From Caldisericia bacterium (lineage in GTDB: Bacteria; Caldisericota; Caldisericia; B22-G15), in NCBI GenBank assembly GCA_026414995.1, contig JAOAHY010000002.1:592-64591 (forward strand): DNA of 64,000 nt, in the 5' to 3' direction. Each line of letters starts with the position of its first letter. Position 1 is the stretch's first letter. The position numbers and the translations under genes are program-made. The notes below the pieces were generated by a model. That model was not told where the DNA came from, searched no databases, and was given only the letters and a program-made list of their open reading frames with translations. This document shows positions 48,342 to 57,784 of the stretch, one piece after another.

Positions 48342-49375
48342 GTTAATCTCCTTTTAAGAAAAAAAGAACCAAATAAGAATAAAATTGCCGAAGTAAATAT
48401 TAATATTAAGATATTTAAATTTATTTCTTCTAAAGAAGAAGAAAAATTAATAATTTTATGAAGAGCATCTGTAATATAATGTGATGGAATTAATTTTACC
48501 CAACCTGTTAAAGAACCTGGGGCTAAGATGTTAAAAGAGGGAATTAAAAAAATAACAAAAACAAGAAATCCATATCCAATTATAGACATCATGTCATTTG
48601 CTATTGAACCTATTAAAAAACCGATACTTATTGAGAACAAACTTCCTAAAAAAAGAATTAAAAATATCAATGGGAAACTTTTAAATCCTGTAGTAATTAT
48701 TGTGAATAATATAGAAGGAATTAAAGTTGTTATTAAACCTATTATAGATTTAGAAAAGAAAATTTCTCCAATTGTAACAGGAGTTGATAGAAGAGCAAAG
48801 ATCGTTTTATTTTCTAACTCTTCGCTTATTAAATTTGCTAAACCAAGAGTTTCAGTAACAATAAGAAAAAATGCAAAAACAGGAATTAATCTTTTAGATG
48901 TTGGAATTTGTTTTCCTGCCATATCAACACCTATAATCTCATTTTCGCTCTCTATATTCAAAAAATATCCAAATTCTGTATGATAAAGTTCTTTTGCTAT
49001 ATATTCATATGCTTCTTTCATCTCCTCTTCTGTATTTGAATTTATAAAAATTTTTATAAGTTTACTTCTTTCTATATTTTCTGGAAAATATAAGCCAAAT
49101 GAAATTTCTCCTCTTTCAATTAGTTTTTGTAAATCATTTACTGATTTTGCTTGTAAAATCATTACTTTTTGCTTTTCAAGAAAATAATAGACTCTTGTTA
49201 GAGGAACCTCTGAATAAATCCCAATCTTTATTTTATCTTCTTGAGTTTTTGGAAGAGCAAAATATATAATCAAGTAAGCGACAAGCCCAAGAATTGTAAT
49301 TAAAGAAAAAAATCTGTTTTTGAAAAAGAGTGTTAAATCTTTTTTTGTAAGTGTTATTATATTTTTTAAATTCAT
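48338..49375 (-). CDS. ABC-2 family exporter permease
   Basis: 345 aa, same architecture as its neighbour. 4-nt overlaps. Confidence 0.6.
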   Translation of the reverse strand: MNLKNIITLTKKDLTLFFKNRFFSLITILGLVAYLIIYFALPKTQEDKIKIGIYSEVPLTRVYYFLEKQKVMILQAKSVNDLQKLIERGEISFGLYFPENIERSKLIKIFINSNTEEEMKEAYEYIAKELYHTEFGYFLNIESENEIIGVDMAGKQIPTSKRLIPVFAFFLIVTETLGLANLISEELENKTIFALLSTPVTIGEIFFSKSIIGLITTLIPSILFTIITTGFKSFPLIFLILFLGSLFSISIGFLIGSIANDMMSIIGYGFLVFVIFLIPSFNILAPGSLTGWVKLIPSHYITDALHKIINFSSSLEEINLNILILIFTSAILFLFGSFFLKRRLT

Positions 49376-50235
49376 TCCTTTAGACCTCTTCCTGTTATTT
49401 GTATAAAAATATCTTCGAGGGTGGCTTCTTCACTATGAACTGTAACTACTTTTTCACTTTTAAAAGTTTTTAATATTTCTTCAATAGATTCATCTCTATC
49501 AAGTATTATTTCTTTTTCATAAATTTCTCCATTTTCCTTTTGAAGTATTATCTTAAGGCCTCTTTTTCCAAATCTAGTTTTTAAATTTAGTGGATTATCA
49601 ATAGCGACTATTTTTCCATTATTGATAAATGCAACTCTATCAGATAAAACATCTGCTTCATACATATCATGAGTTGTTAAAAATATTGTTTTTCCTTTTT
49701 TCTTTTCTTCAATAATTATTTTTCTAATATCTTCAGAAGAAACTGGGTCTAGACCTTGCGTTGGTTCATCAAGGAAAAGAATCTCTGGATCATTTACTAA
49801 AGAGCGAGCAACCATTAATCTTTGTTTCATGCCTTTAGAAAAAGTTTTAACTAAATCTTTCTCTTTTCCTTTTAATCCAACTTTTTCAAGAAGTTCATCT
49901 GGTTTAAAATTTTTTATTCCAAATAAATTTGCAAAAAGAATAAGATTCTCTTTTGCAGATAAATCTTCATACAAATTTGTATATTCAAAACAAACACCAA
50001 TATGCTTTTGAACTTTTTTAGGCTCTTTTGATACATCAATTCCTAAAATTTTTGCTTCACCTTCATTTGGTTTAAGAAGCCCTATTAACATTTTAAAAGT
50101 GGTTGTTTTCCCTGCACCATTTGGCCCAAGAAAACCTAATATCTCTCCTTTGTTAACAAAAAAACTTATATGATCAACTGCAAGATTTTTTCCATAACTA
50201 TATGTTATTCTATTTGCTTCTATAACTTTTTCCAT
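49372..50235 (-). CDS. ABC transporter ATP-binding protein
   Basis: 287 aa. Walker A 'GPNGAGKTT', signature 'FSKGMKQRL', Walker B 'ILFLDEPT'. Confidence 0.85.
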   Translation of the reverse strand: MEKVIEANRITYSYGKNLAVDHISFFVNKGEILGFLGPNGAGKTTTFKMLIGLLKPNEGEAKILGIDVSKEPKKVQKHIGVCFEYTNLYEDLSAKENLILFANLFGIKNFKPDELLEKVGLKGKEKDLVKTFSKGMKQRLMVARSLVNDPEILFLDEPTQGLDPVSSEDIRKIIIEEKKKGKTIFLTTHDMYEADVLSDRVAFINNGKIVAIDNPLNLKTRFGKRGLKIILQKENGEIYEKEIILDRDESIEEILKTFKSEKVVTVHSEEATLEDIFIQITGRGLKE

Positions 50236-50265
50236 AAAACCTCCTTTTGGATAATTATAACTGAT

Positions 50266-50279
50266 TAGTCATATGACTA
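50266..50279. promoter_or_regulatory. perfect 14-bp palindrome TAGTCATATGACTA (candidate TetR operator) between tetR and the ABC-2 exporter genes
   Basis: Palindrome at 50266-50279 inside ATAACTGATTAGTCATATGACTATCAAGTCATG. A second overlapping dyad is ATGACTATCAAGTCAT. Confidence 0.45.
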
Positions 50280-50289
50280 TCAAGTCATG

Positions 50290-50922
50290 TTATTTAGATA
50301 ATCCGTTTCTTAATAATTTAACAAAATAATTTTGAAGTTCTTTCAAAAAACTAACTGGAAGTTCTTTTGATGAAATTCCTTTATTTAATGCATAATCTAT
50401 TATATATTTTTTGAAATTCATTACAGCGCCTTCCATAAAAATAAGAATCAAATCTATTGGTATATCATCTCTTACAAACCCATTCTTTTGGTTTTTTTCT
50501 ATTATTAATTTCAAGCTCTCTCTAAATTTATTCAAAAAAAGTTTATTTATCTCTTCTTTAAATTGAATATCAAAACCAAAAAGTGCTCTTTCAAGAAGAA
50601 GATATTCATCTGGATATTCTAAGAAAAGTTTCCAATTTGATTCAAAGGATTCAATAAGATAATCAAAAACATTTATTTTTTCAAAATCAATTTTCTTTGA
50701 AATTTCAAACATTTTCTTTATTGCCTCTTTTATGGCATAAAAATACATATCTTTTTTATTAACAAAATATTGATACATACTGCCTTTAGATACTTTACAT
50801 TCCTTTGCAACATCATCTATGTCGACCTTATCATATGGATTTTTTCCAAAATATTTTATAAGTGTTTTTAATATCTTTTTCCTCTTTTTAGCACTTAAAT
50901 TAAAAAAAGTATTTTTTGGCAT
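50290..50922 (-). CDS. TetR/AcrR family transcriptional regulator
   Basis: 210 aa. N-terminal HTH 'VDIDDVAKECKVSKGSMYQYFVNKKDMYF'. Confidence 0.8.
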   Translation of the reverse strand: MPKNTFFNLSAKKRKKILKTLIKYFGKNPYDKVDIDDVAKECKVSKGSMYQYFVNKKDMYFYAIKEAIKKMFEISKKIDFEKINVFDYLIESFESNWKLFLEYPDEYLLLERALFGFDIQFKEEINKLFLNKFRESLKLIIEKNQKNGFVRDDIPIDLILIFMEGAVMNFKKYIIDYALNKGISSKELPVSFLKELQNYFVKLLRNGLSK

Positions 50923-50948
50923 AAATTTTAATTCCTTCTTTTAAAATT

Positions 50949-50966
50949 ATAACTCATTAGTCATAT
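50949..50966. promoter_or_regulatory. second copy of the ATAACT(C/G)ATTAGTCATAT operator half-motif in the tetR/MATE divergent promoter region
   Basis: ATAACTCATTAGTCATAT matches 17 of 18 nt of the site at 50257-50274. Confidence 0.35.
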
Positions 50967-51048
50967 TCAAATCAAAAACTACAAATTCAAGTTTTACTTT
51001 TACTAAAATTTATGATAAATTATTATAGATTGTTGGAGGAAGTTAAGA

Positions 51049-52449
51049 ATGAAGAAGGTAACACTTGATGAAGTATTAAACAAGCCTCTTTTTCCTATTA
51101 TGTGGAAACTTGGATGGCCAGTAATGATTTCTTCTATTCTTGAAACTGTTTACCACCTTGCTGATACATTTTGGCTAGGACATCTACCACAGGGAGAAAG
51201 TGGAAATGCTGTAGCAGGTCTTCAACTTGCATTTCCTAGTATGTGGTTTTTAATTTCTTTTGCGTCTGGCTTTGCAATGGCAGGAGTTGCTCTTGTCTCT
51301 CAATATACAGGAGCAAGAGAACATGAAAAAGCAAATATTGCAGCATCTCAAGTTGTAACTTTAACTTTTATTTTTGGAACACTTCTTGGAATATTTGGAT
51401 TCTTTTTTATCCCATTTTTAATAAATGTGTTAACAAATGCAAAAGAGTTGACCTTAGTTGCAAATACTTATCTTAAAGTTATTTTTTTAGGTTTTCCTTT
51501 TATGTTTTTAAATGGAATTTTTAGAGCAGTTATGGTTTCTTATGGAGATACCCTCACTCCTATGTATGTCTCTGTCTTTACAAATATTTTAAATATTTTT
51601 TTAGACCCAGTTTTAATTTTTGGTCTTGGCCCATTCCCTAAAATGGGAATAGTTGGTGCAGCTGTTGCAACAATATTTTCAATGTTTATTGCATCTGCAA
51701 TTGCAATGTACTATCTTATGAGTGGAAAAAGGGGAATTCATGTTAAAAAAGAATATTTAAAACCAGATTTTATTTGGATTAAAAAAATATTTAAGATTGG
51801 TCTTCCTGCTGCAATAGGGCAAAGCGCTGAAGCATTTGGTTTTGTTGTTTTAACTGGAATTATTGGAAGATTACAACATGCAAGAGTTGCAATTGCAGCA
51901 TATGGAATAGGCGATAGACTACTCTCATTTTCTTTTATTGCAATTGATGGGCTTGCTACAGGTCTTACAACAATAATTGGACAATCGCTTGGTGCAGATA
52001 GAATTGATAGAGCATCTTTTGCAGCGAAAAGGGGAATGTTTTTTATGTTTATTGTTTTATGTATAGAGACTTTTGTGTTAGTTTTATTTAGAAAACAATT
52101 AGTGATGTTATTTATTCCTAATGAGATAGAAATTATTGAAGAAGGTGGAAGATTTATGCTTTATTTTGCACCAGCAATTCCATTGTTTGGAGTGATAAGA
52201 GGTATTATGTCAGCATTTCAAGCATCTGGACATAACACTCCAAATATGATTATTGCATTTTTAAGATTATGGGGATTAAGAGTTCCTTTAAGTTATATTT
52301 TTGGTTTTACACTAAAAATGAATTCAACAGGTGTATGGATTGGAATGACTTTAAGTAATTTTATAACTGCTCTTGTTGCAACATTTCTATTTCTAAAAGG
52401 TGGTTGGAAAAAGAAGGTCATTGAAGAAAAAGTTGAGGTTTTGGTTTAA
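51049..52449 (+). CDS. MATE family efflux transporter
   Basis: 466 aa, 12 TM helices, typical NorM/DinF-like composition. Confidence 0.8.
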   Translation: MKKVTLDEVLNKPLFPIMWKLGWPVMISSILETVYHLADTFWLGHLPQGESGNAVAGLQLAFPSMWFLISFASGFAMAGVALVSQYTGAREHEKANIAASQVVTLTFIFGTLLGIFGFFFIPFLINVLTNAKELTLVANTYLKVIFLGFPFMFLNGIFRAVMVSYGDTLTPMYVSVFTNILNIFLDPVLIFGLGPFPKMGIVGAAVATIFSMFIASAIAMYYLMSGKRGIHVKKEYLKPDFIWIKKIFKIGLPAAIGQSAEAFGFVVLTGIIGRLQHARVAIAAYGIGDRLLSFSFIAIDGLATGLTTIIGQSLGADRIDRASFAAKRGMFFMFIVLCIETFVLVLFRKQLVMLFIPNEIEIIEEGGRFMLYFAPAIPLFGVIRGIMSAFQASGHNTPNMIIAFLRLWGLRVPLSYIFGFTLKMNSTGVWIGMTLSNFITALVATFLFLKGGWKKKVIEEKVEVLV

Positions 52450-52457
52450 AAATAATT

Positions 52458-53387
52458 ATGAAGAGTTTAATAAATTTAATAGAGAAGTATAGTTCCTATT
52501 TTTTGATTTTAGTTGTAATTTTTGGAATTTTATTTCCATATTTTGAAATTTTTTCCAAATATATTACATATTTTTTAATGATTATTCTTTTAATAACATT
52601 TTTGAAAGTTGATTTTAATTGTATAAGAATCTATATAAAAAAACCTCTTTTAGTCTTATATATTCTTTTAATAAATTCAATCATAACACCAATAATTATT
52701 TATCTTGTATATAGATCATTCACCTCAGATTACTATTTTTTAAGTGCGCTTATGCTTTTAGCTCTTGTTCCAACTGGTGTTGCTGCATCTGCGATGACAG
52801 ACTTATCAAATGGAAACACTCTTCTCTCTGTTTTAATAACTATCTTAACTCATATTTTAGCACCAATATTAATTCCAATTTTCTTTTTTATACTTTTTAG
52901 AAAAGTAATAAAATTAGATTATTTTCAAGTTTTTATAACAATCTCAAGATTAATTTTCATCCCATTGATATTATCATTTCCGATAAAAAAATATTTTAAA
53001 GGTTTTACAAATTTTATAGGAAACAATAGCAAAATAATTACTTTGATTTTTGTTACTCTTCTATCTCTTGGAATTATTTCAATTACAGCTCAATATATTA
53101 GAAATAATCCTTTATTAGTTATAAAATATATTTTAATTTTATATTCTGAATTTATTTTATTTCAAATTATAAACTTTTTTGCACCTTTCTTTTTAAAAAT
53201 TCCAGATAGAATAGCAATTTCTAATTCAAAGACATTCAATAATATTGCAATAGCAACTGTTCTTTCACTCCAATTTCTAGATCCTAAAAGTAGTTTAATA
53301 GTTATATTAGGTCAAATACCTTGGCCAACTATGTTGATACCTTTGAATATTCTTTTATATTTAACAAAAAATAAAAATAGTTCTTAA
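52458..53387 (+). CDS. polytopic membrane transporter, possibly BASS (bile acid:Na+ symporter)-like
   Basis: 309 aa, about 9-10 TM helices. Weak family assignment. Confidence 0.35.
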   Translation: MKSLINLIEKYSSYFLILVVIFGILFPYFEIFSKYITYFLMIILLITFLKVDFNCIRIYIKKPLLVLYILLINSIITPIIIYLVYRSFTSDYYFLSALMLLALVPTGVAASAMTDLSNGNTLLSVLITILTHILAPILIPIFFFILFRKVIKLDYFQVFITISRLIFIPLILSFPIKKYFKGFTNFIGNNSKIITLIFVTLLSLGIISITAQYIRNNPLLVIKYILILYSEFILFQIINFFAPFFLKIPDRIAISNSKTFNNIAIATVLSLQFLDPKSSLIVILGQIPWPTMLIPLNILLYLTKNKNSS

Positions 53388-53833
53388 AGTTCTCCTATAT
53401 CTTCAAGCCATAATTCAGGTTTTTCATTAATAAATTTTTTCATTAACTCTTTACATTCATCAAGATCTAAATCAATAACTTCAACTCCATGTTCTTCAAG
53501 AAATTTTCTATCTCCAGAAAAAGTTTCTGATTCTCCAACAATTACTTTTTTAATTCCAAATTGAACAATTGCACCAGAACATAAATAACATGGCATAAGA
53601 GTTGTGTATAAAATTTTGTCTTTATAACTTTTTATTCTTCCTGCGTTTCTTATTGCAACAATTTCAGCATGTGCAAGTGGATCATTATCTTGAACTCTTC
53701 TATTATGACCTTTTCCTAAAATTTTTCCATCTTTACTCACTAAAACTGAACCAATTGGTATTCCACCTTCTTCTAAACCCTTTTTTGCCTCTTGAATTGC
53801 AATTTCCATAAATTGATCAAGATTCTTTCTCAT
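53384..53833 (-). CDS. nucleoside/tRNA-specific adenosine deaminase (CDA fold, TadA/GuaD-like)
   Basis: 149 aa. 'HAEIVAI' and 'PCYLCSGAI' zinc-ligand motifs. Confidence 0.75.
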   Translation of the reverse strand: MRKNLDQFMEIAIQEAKKGLEEGGIPIGSVLVSKDGKILGKGHNRRVQDNDPLAHAEIVAIRNAGRIKSYKDKILYTTLMPCYLCSGAIVQFGIKKVIVGESETFSGDRKFLEEHGVEVIDLDLDECKELMKKFINEKPELWLEDIGEL

Positions 53834-53864
53834 ATTTTAATTTTATTATAAATTTATTATTGTT

Positions 53865-55019
53865 TTAAATATTCATTTCTCTTCTTAAATCAAGAAATCT
53901 TTTTGTTGCTTCACCAAAATTAAAATTATAATTAAAATCTTTCAAGGTACATTCAATTCCAGAAATAGTCACAAGCAAATCATTTGAATTCATAAATCCC
54001 ATATGTCCAATTCTAAAACCTTTACCTTTTAGATCTCCAAACATTCCTGCAAGTTCAATATTATATCTTTCTCTTAATCTATTTACAAAATTTTCTCCAT
54101 TTATATTTTCTGGAAGAAGAATAGCAGTAACACAAGGAGATGAATCTTCATCGTTTGCAAGAAATTTTAAGTTTGTTAGTTTGAGTGACTCTCTTATAAG
54201 ATATTTAAAATTTTCATGTCTTTGATAGACATTTTGAAGCCCTTCTTCAAAAAGTATATTTAATGCTTCTCTTAAGCCAAATAAAACTGAAACTGGAAAT
54301 GTTGTAAATGGTTCTCCTAAATCATGTCTCTTTTTAAGTTCTTTAATATTAAAATAATATGAATCTGTTTTATTATTCAAAGTAAATTCAAGGGCTCTTT
54401 TATTTACAGCAACAATTCCAATGCCTGGTGGTGACATAAGTCCCTTTTGAGATGCTGCAACCACAACATCAAGTTCCCAATCTTTCATATTTATCTCAGA
54501 AATTCCTATTGAACTTACTGCATCAACAACAATTAAAGCATCTGTTTTCTCTTTTAATTTTTTAGAAATATTTTTAATATCATTTATAATACCAGTTGAG
54601 GTTTCGTTGTGTGTTATAAAAATTGTTTTTATATCCTTATTTTTATTAACAACTTCAAGGATCTCATTTATATTTGCACTTTTTCCAGATGGAAATTTTA
54701 ATCTAATTGGATCTCTCTCGTAAGATAAACAAATTTCATAAAACCTCTGTCCAAAAAATCCTGTATCAATTACTAAAACTTTATCACCTCTTAATGAAAA
54801 ATTTTGTACTGCAAGTTCCATTGCTCCACTTCCAGACGACCCAAACATATACACTTCATCATCACAATTTAACATCTTTTTCAATAGTTCAATTGATTCA
54901 AGAAATATTTTTTTAAATTTAGGTCCTCTATGATTAATCATAGGTTGTGTCATTGCAGCAACAACTTTTGGTGGAAGTGGTGTTGGGCCAGGTATCATTA
55001 AAAATTCTTTGTCTATCAT
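53865..55019 (-). CDS. class V aminotransferase (alanine--glyoxylate/serine--pyruvate aminotransferase family)
   Basis: 384 aa. N-terminal 'LMIPGPTPLPPKV', PLP-Lys region 'VVAASQKGL'. Confidence 0.7.
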   Translation of the reverse strand: MIDKEFLMIPGPTPLPPKVVAAMTQPMINHRGPKFKKIFLESIELLKKMLNCDDEVYMFGSSGSGAMELAVQNFSLRGDKVLVIDTGFFGQRFYEICLSYERDPIRLKFPSGKSANINEILEVVNKNKDIKTIFITHNETSTGIINDIKNISKKLKEKTDALIVVDAVSSIGISEINMKDWELDVVVAASQKGLMSPPGIGIVAVNKRALEFTLNNKTDSYYFNIKELKKRHDLGEPFTTFPVSVLFGLREALNILFEEGLQNVYQRHENFKYLIRESLKLTNLKFLANDEDSSPCVTAILLPENINGENFVNRLRERYNIELAGMFGDLKGKGFRIGHMGFMNSNDLLVTISGIECTLKDFNYNFNFGEATKRFLDLRREMNI

Positions 55020-55395
55020 ATTATCCCTCCTTTTTTAAAAAATTATTTAAATAAAACTCAATTTTTCTATTATTTAGTGTTATGATGGAATCAAAGTTTA
55101 AAAATTTTTTAATGTATTTAATAAATTGATACCCAAGAAAATAACTTCTCATTCTTCTGTTTTAATATTAAACTAATCACAAAAGAAATCAAATATCTCT
55201 TCTTTATTAAAAGCATAACAAAATCTTCATTACTTAATTTTACAAAACCATTGAGTAAATCCTAAACTGTAAATTAAGAAATAAAGTTCCTCATTTATAA
55301 ATTTCTTCCAAACAAACTAATTTTTAATTCTATTCATAAATTTTTTATGTAATAATTATAAAAATCTCTTTTTATTTCTATTACATTAAATAAAT

Positions 55396-56625
55396 TTATG
55401 CACCAAATTTTTTTAGTCTTCTCGAGTGGGCCAGTAAAAGTGACATTATATCTTCTCCCTTAATTATACCTAATTCTCCTCTTAAAGATTCTTTTTCAGT
55501 AAATCTTTCTGAAAAACCTTTAAAGATAAATGGTGAATTTAATAAAACAGGTACTGGATGGAATGAGTGAGATTTCATTGGAACTGGTGTTGAATGATCT
55601 CCTGTTATACATATTACATCAAAATTTAATGATAAAATTTCTGGAAGATAACTATCAAACTCTTCTATTACTTTAACTTTGTTTTCAAAATTTCCATCTT
55701 CTCCATAAGAATCTGTTTTTTTAATATGGAAATAAATAAAATCATAATTTTTATAATTCTCTTTTAAAACATCAACTTCATCTTTTATTGAATATCCATT
55801 AAAATTAATAACTTCCATTCCAAGAAGTTTTGTTAACCCTTTATACATTGGATATGTCGCAATTGAGAGTGCTCTTAATTTATAAATCTCATTAAACTTT
55901 GGAATATCTGGAGGAGATGAATAACCCCTTAAAAGAAGGAAATTCCCTTTTTCTTCTCTTAGCAATTCTCTTATTCTTCTTAAAAATTCTTTTAAAACTT
56001 CTGAGGTAGGTTTTGAACTTTCATTCATCGGTTCTGGAGAAATTATCTCTTTGTACTCTTTTTGTGGGTCAGTTTCTAAAATTTTACACATCTCTTCATT
56101 AACTTTGTATGGGAACCTTAATACTATTGCTGATCTATATTCCATTCCAGGTTTCATAAAAATCTTTACTCCATTAATTTCACTTATATTTTTAGTTATT
56201 TTTTCCGTTAATAAAATATTTTCTTCAGTTGACAATCTTCCAGCTCTTCTATCAATAACAATAAGTTTTCCGTCTTTTTCATCTACTTTAGCATAATTTG
56301 CCCTAATACAAATATCATTTTCAGTAACATCTAAGCCTACCCCGAGTGCTTCAAGAATTCCTCTTCCAATTTCATATTTAAGAGGATTGTATCCAAAAAG
56401 AGCAAGATGTCCAGGTCCACTTCCTGGTGTTATTCCTGGTAAAACAGGTATTTGCATACCTAGTGCGCTCTCTTTAGCTAATTTATCTAAATTTGGTGTA
56501 TTTGCACTTTCAAGCGGTGTTTTTCCATTTTTGCTTGGTATATCACCTAAACCATCAAGAACAATAAGTAAAATTTTTGTATTATTTTCTTCAATCAATT
56601 CTTTTAAAATTTCAATTCTATCCAT
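55396..56625 (-). CDS. apgM: 2,3-bisphosphoglycerate-independent phosphoglycerate mutase, archaeal type
   Basis: 409 aa. 'ILLIVLDGLGD' metal-site start and ApgM-family length. Confidence 0.8.
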   Translation of the reverse strand: MDRIEILKELIEENNTKILLIVLDGLGDIPSKNGKTPLESANTPNLDKLAKESALGMQIPVLPGITPGSGPGHLALFGYNPLKYEIGRGILEALGVGLDVTENDICIRANYAKVDEKDGKLIVIDRRAGRLSTEENILLTEKITKNISEINGVKIFMKPGMEYRSAIVLRFPYKVNEEMCKILETDPQKEYKEIISPEPMNESSKPTSEVLKEFLRRIRELLREEKGNFLLLRGYSSPPDIPKFNEIYKLRALSIATYPMYKGLTKLLGMEVINFNGYSIKDEVDVLKENYKNYDFIYFHIKKTDSYGEDGNFENKVKVIEEFDSYLPEILSLNFDVICITGDHSTPVPMKSHSFHPVPVLLNSPFIFKGFSERFTEKESLRGELGIIKGEDIMSLLLAHSRRLKKFGA

Positions 56626-56639
56626 TTTAAATCTCCATT

Positions 56640-57167
56640 TTAATTTTCAGTACTTATATTAAAAATATTTTTTAATTGTAATAATAAAGGATAAGTGATA
56701 ATTGTATATACAGGAACCTCAATTAATAAACTTATTATTCTTGGAGGAATAAGAACATATAAAGGAAGCTTAAATAATAAATTAATAAAATATATAATAA
56801 TGGTGGATGTTATTAATTTTGTTATTGCAAATATAAAAATTATATTTATTAATTTCTTCTTATTTATAAATAAATAAAAACTTAATAAACCAGGTATAAT
56901 TCCTTTTAAAGCTGAAGTAAAAGTAAAATGAGGCATATATGGACCCATTGGACTAATAAAATAACCAACTATATCTGAAATTATTCCAACAATACCTCCT
57001 AATATTGGACCAAAAATTATTCCAGTTAAAATTATTGGATAATCTCCAAATCCTATTCTAATACCCTCAACACCTCCAATAGAAATTCTAATACTTAATA
57101 ATCTAGTAAGAACTATACTTAACGCAGTTAACAATGCTAATATTGTTATTGTTTTTGTTTTAAACAT
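56640..57167 (-). CDS. ECF transporter S component (FolT/substrate-capture family)
   Basis: 175 aa with 5-6 TM helices. Solitary S-component without an adjacent A/T module. Confidence 0.5.
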   Translation of the reverse strand: MFKTKTITILALLTALSIVLTRLLSIRISIGGVEGIRIGFGDYPIILTGIIFGPILGGIVGIISDIVGYFISPMGPYMPHFTFTSALKGIIPGLLSFYLFINKKKLINIIFIFAITKLITSTIIIYFINLLFKLPLYVLIPPRIISLLIEVPVYTIITYPLLLQLKNIFNISTEN

Positions 57168-57631
57168 TAATACCTCCTAGTTCTAATATATCATTAAATA
57201 AAATTATATATAAATAAAATTATATAATAAATAACATGTTATTATTTTTTAAATATAAAAACTTTAAAAGAAAATTTAAAAGAAAAATAATAAAATTGGT
57301 TTAATTAAAGTTACAAAAGAGATATTAAGTTAAATTTAATCAAACAAAAAAGGAACTTATTAAAGTTATAAGGTGTAAGCCAAAAGTTAACTTAATTTTA
57401 AGATATATAAACTATCTTTTAAATCTTTAAATATTATCTTATGTAATTTTCAAAAATTTTTATTTTCATTAAATTGCATAAATTAATTTTTTAATACTGC
57501 TTTTGTCTCTAGTTGTTCTGTCTTATTAATGATATAAATATAAAAAACTTTCTTTTGAATTATATCTTCTTTTGGTGCATATCTTGGATTAATTTCAAAA
57601 TTAGGAGAAAAATTGTGATTAAATAAAGAAT

Positions 57632-57781
57632 GTGATTGCAAATAATTATATAAAATGTAAAAAATGCACAAAAGGATGCTTTACTAATTCAGTTTGTGAA
57701 AATGACGAGACTTTTTTAATAGATAAAAGCGAGTGTTTTGATTGTAGTGATTGTAATATTAATTGTCCTAAAAATAAATAA
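57632..57781 (+). CDS. small 4Fe-4S ferredoxin-like protein (49 aa, GTG start)
   Basis: Frame encodes 'CKKCTKGC...C' and a canonical 'CFDCSDCNINCP' (CxxCxxCxxxCP) cluster motif. Below the 60-aa cutoff of the ORF track. Weak SD, so the start is uncertain. Confidence 0.3.
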   Translation: MIANNYIKCKKCTKGCFTNSVCENDETFLIDKSECFDCSDCNINCPKNK

Positions 57782-57784
57782 AAA

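Noticed and set aside
48528-48983. 151-aa antisense ORF inside the ABC-2 permease gene. Similar embedded ORFs occur at 5465-5662, 6556-6762, 11041-11241, 13586-13780, 15554-15823, 34891-35349, 40539-41018 and 58395-58733.
   Set aside because: All lie entirely within, and antisense or out-of-frame to, well-supported genes. They are low-complexity and have no motifs. They are expected by chance in AT-rich DNA, where stop codons are depleted on the opposite strand.
55020-55395. 375-bp gap between the class V aminotransferase and apgM, examined for a small RNA or riboswitch
   Set aside because: Extremely AT-rich with no GC-containing helices, no repeats and no conserved riboswitch cores. Most simply read as promoter and UTR.
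57168-57480. Possible THF or other riboswitch upstream of the solitary FolT-like ECF S-component
   Set aside because: The region is almost pure A/T with only short AT hairpins. It has none of the GC-rich paired elements such riboswitches require.
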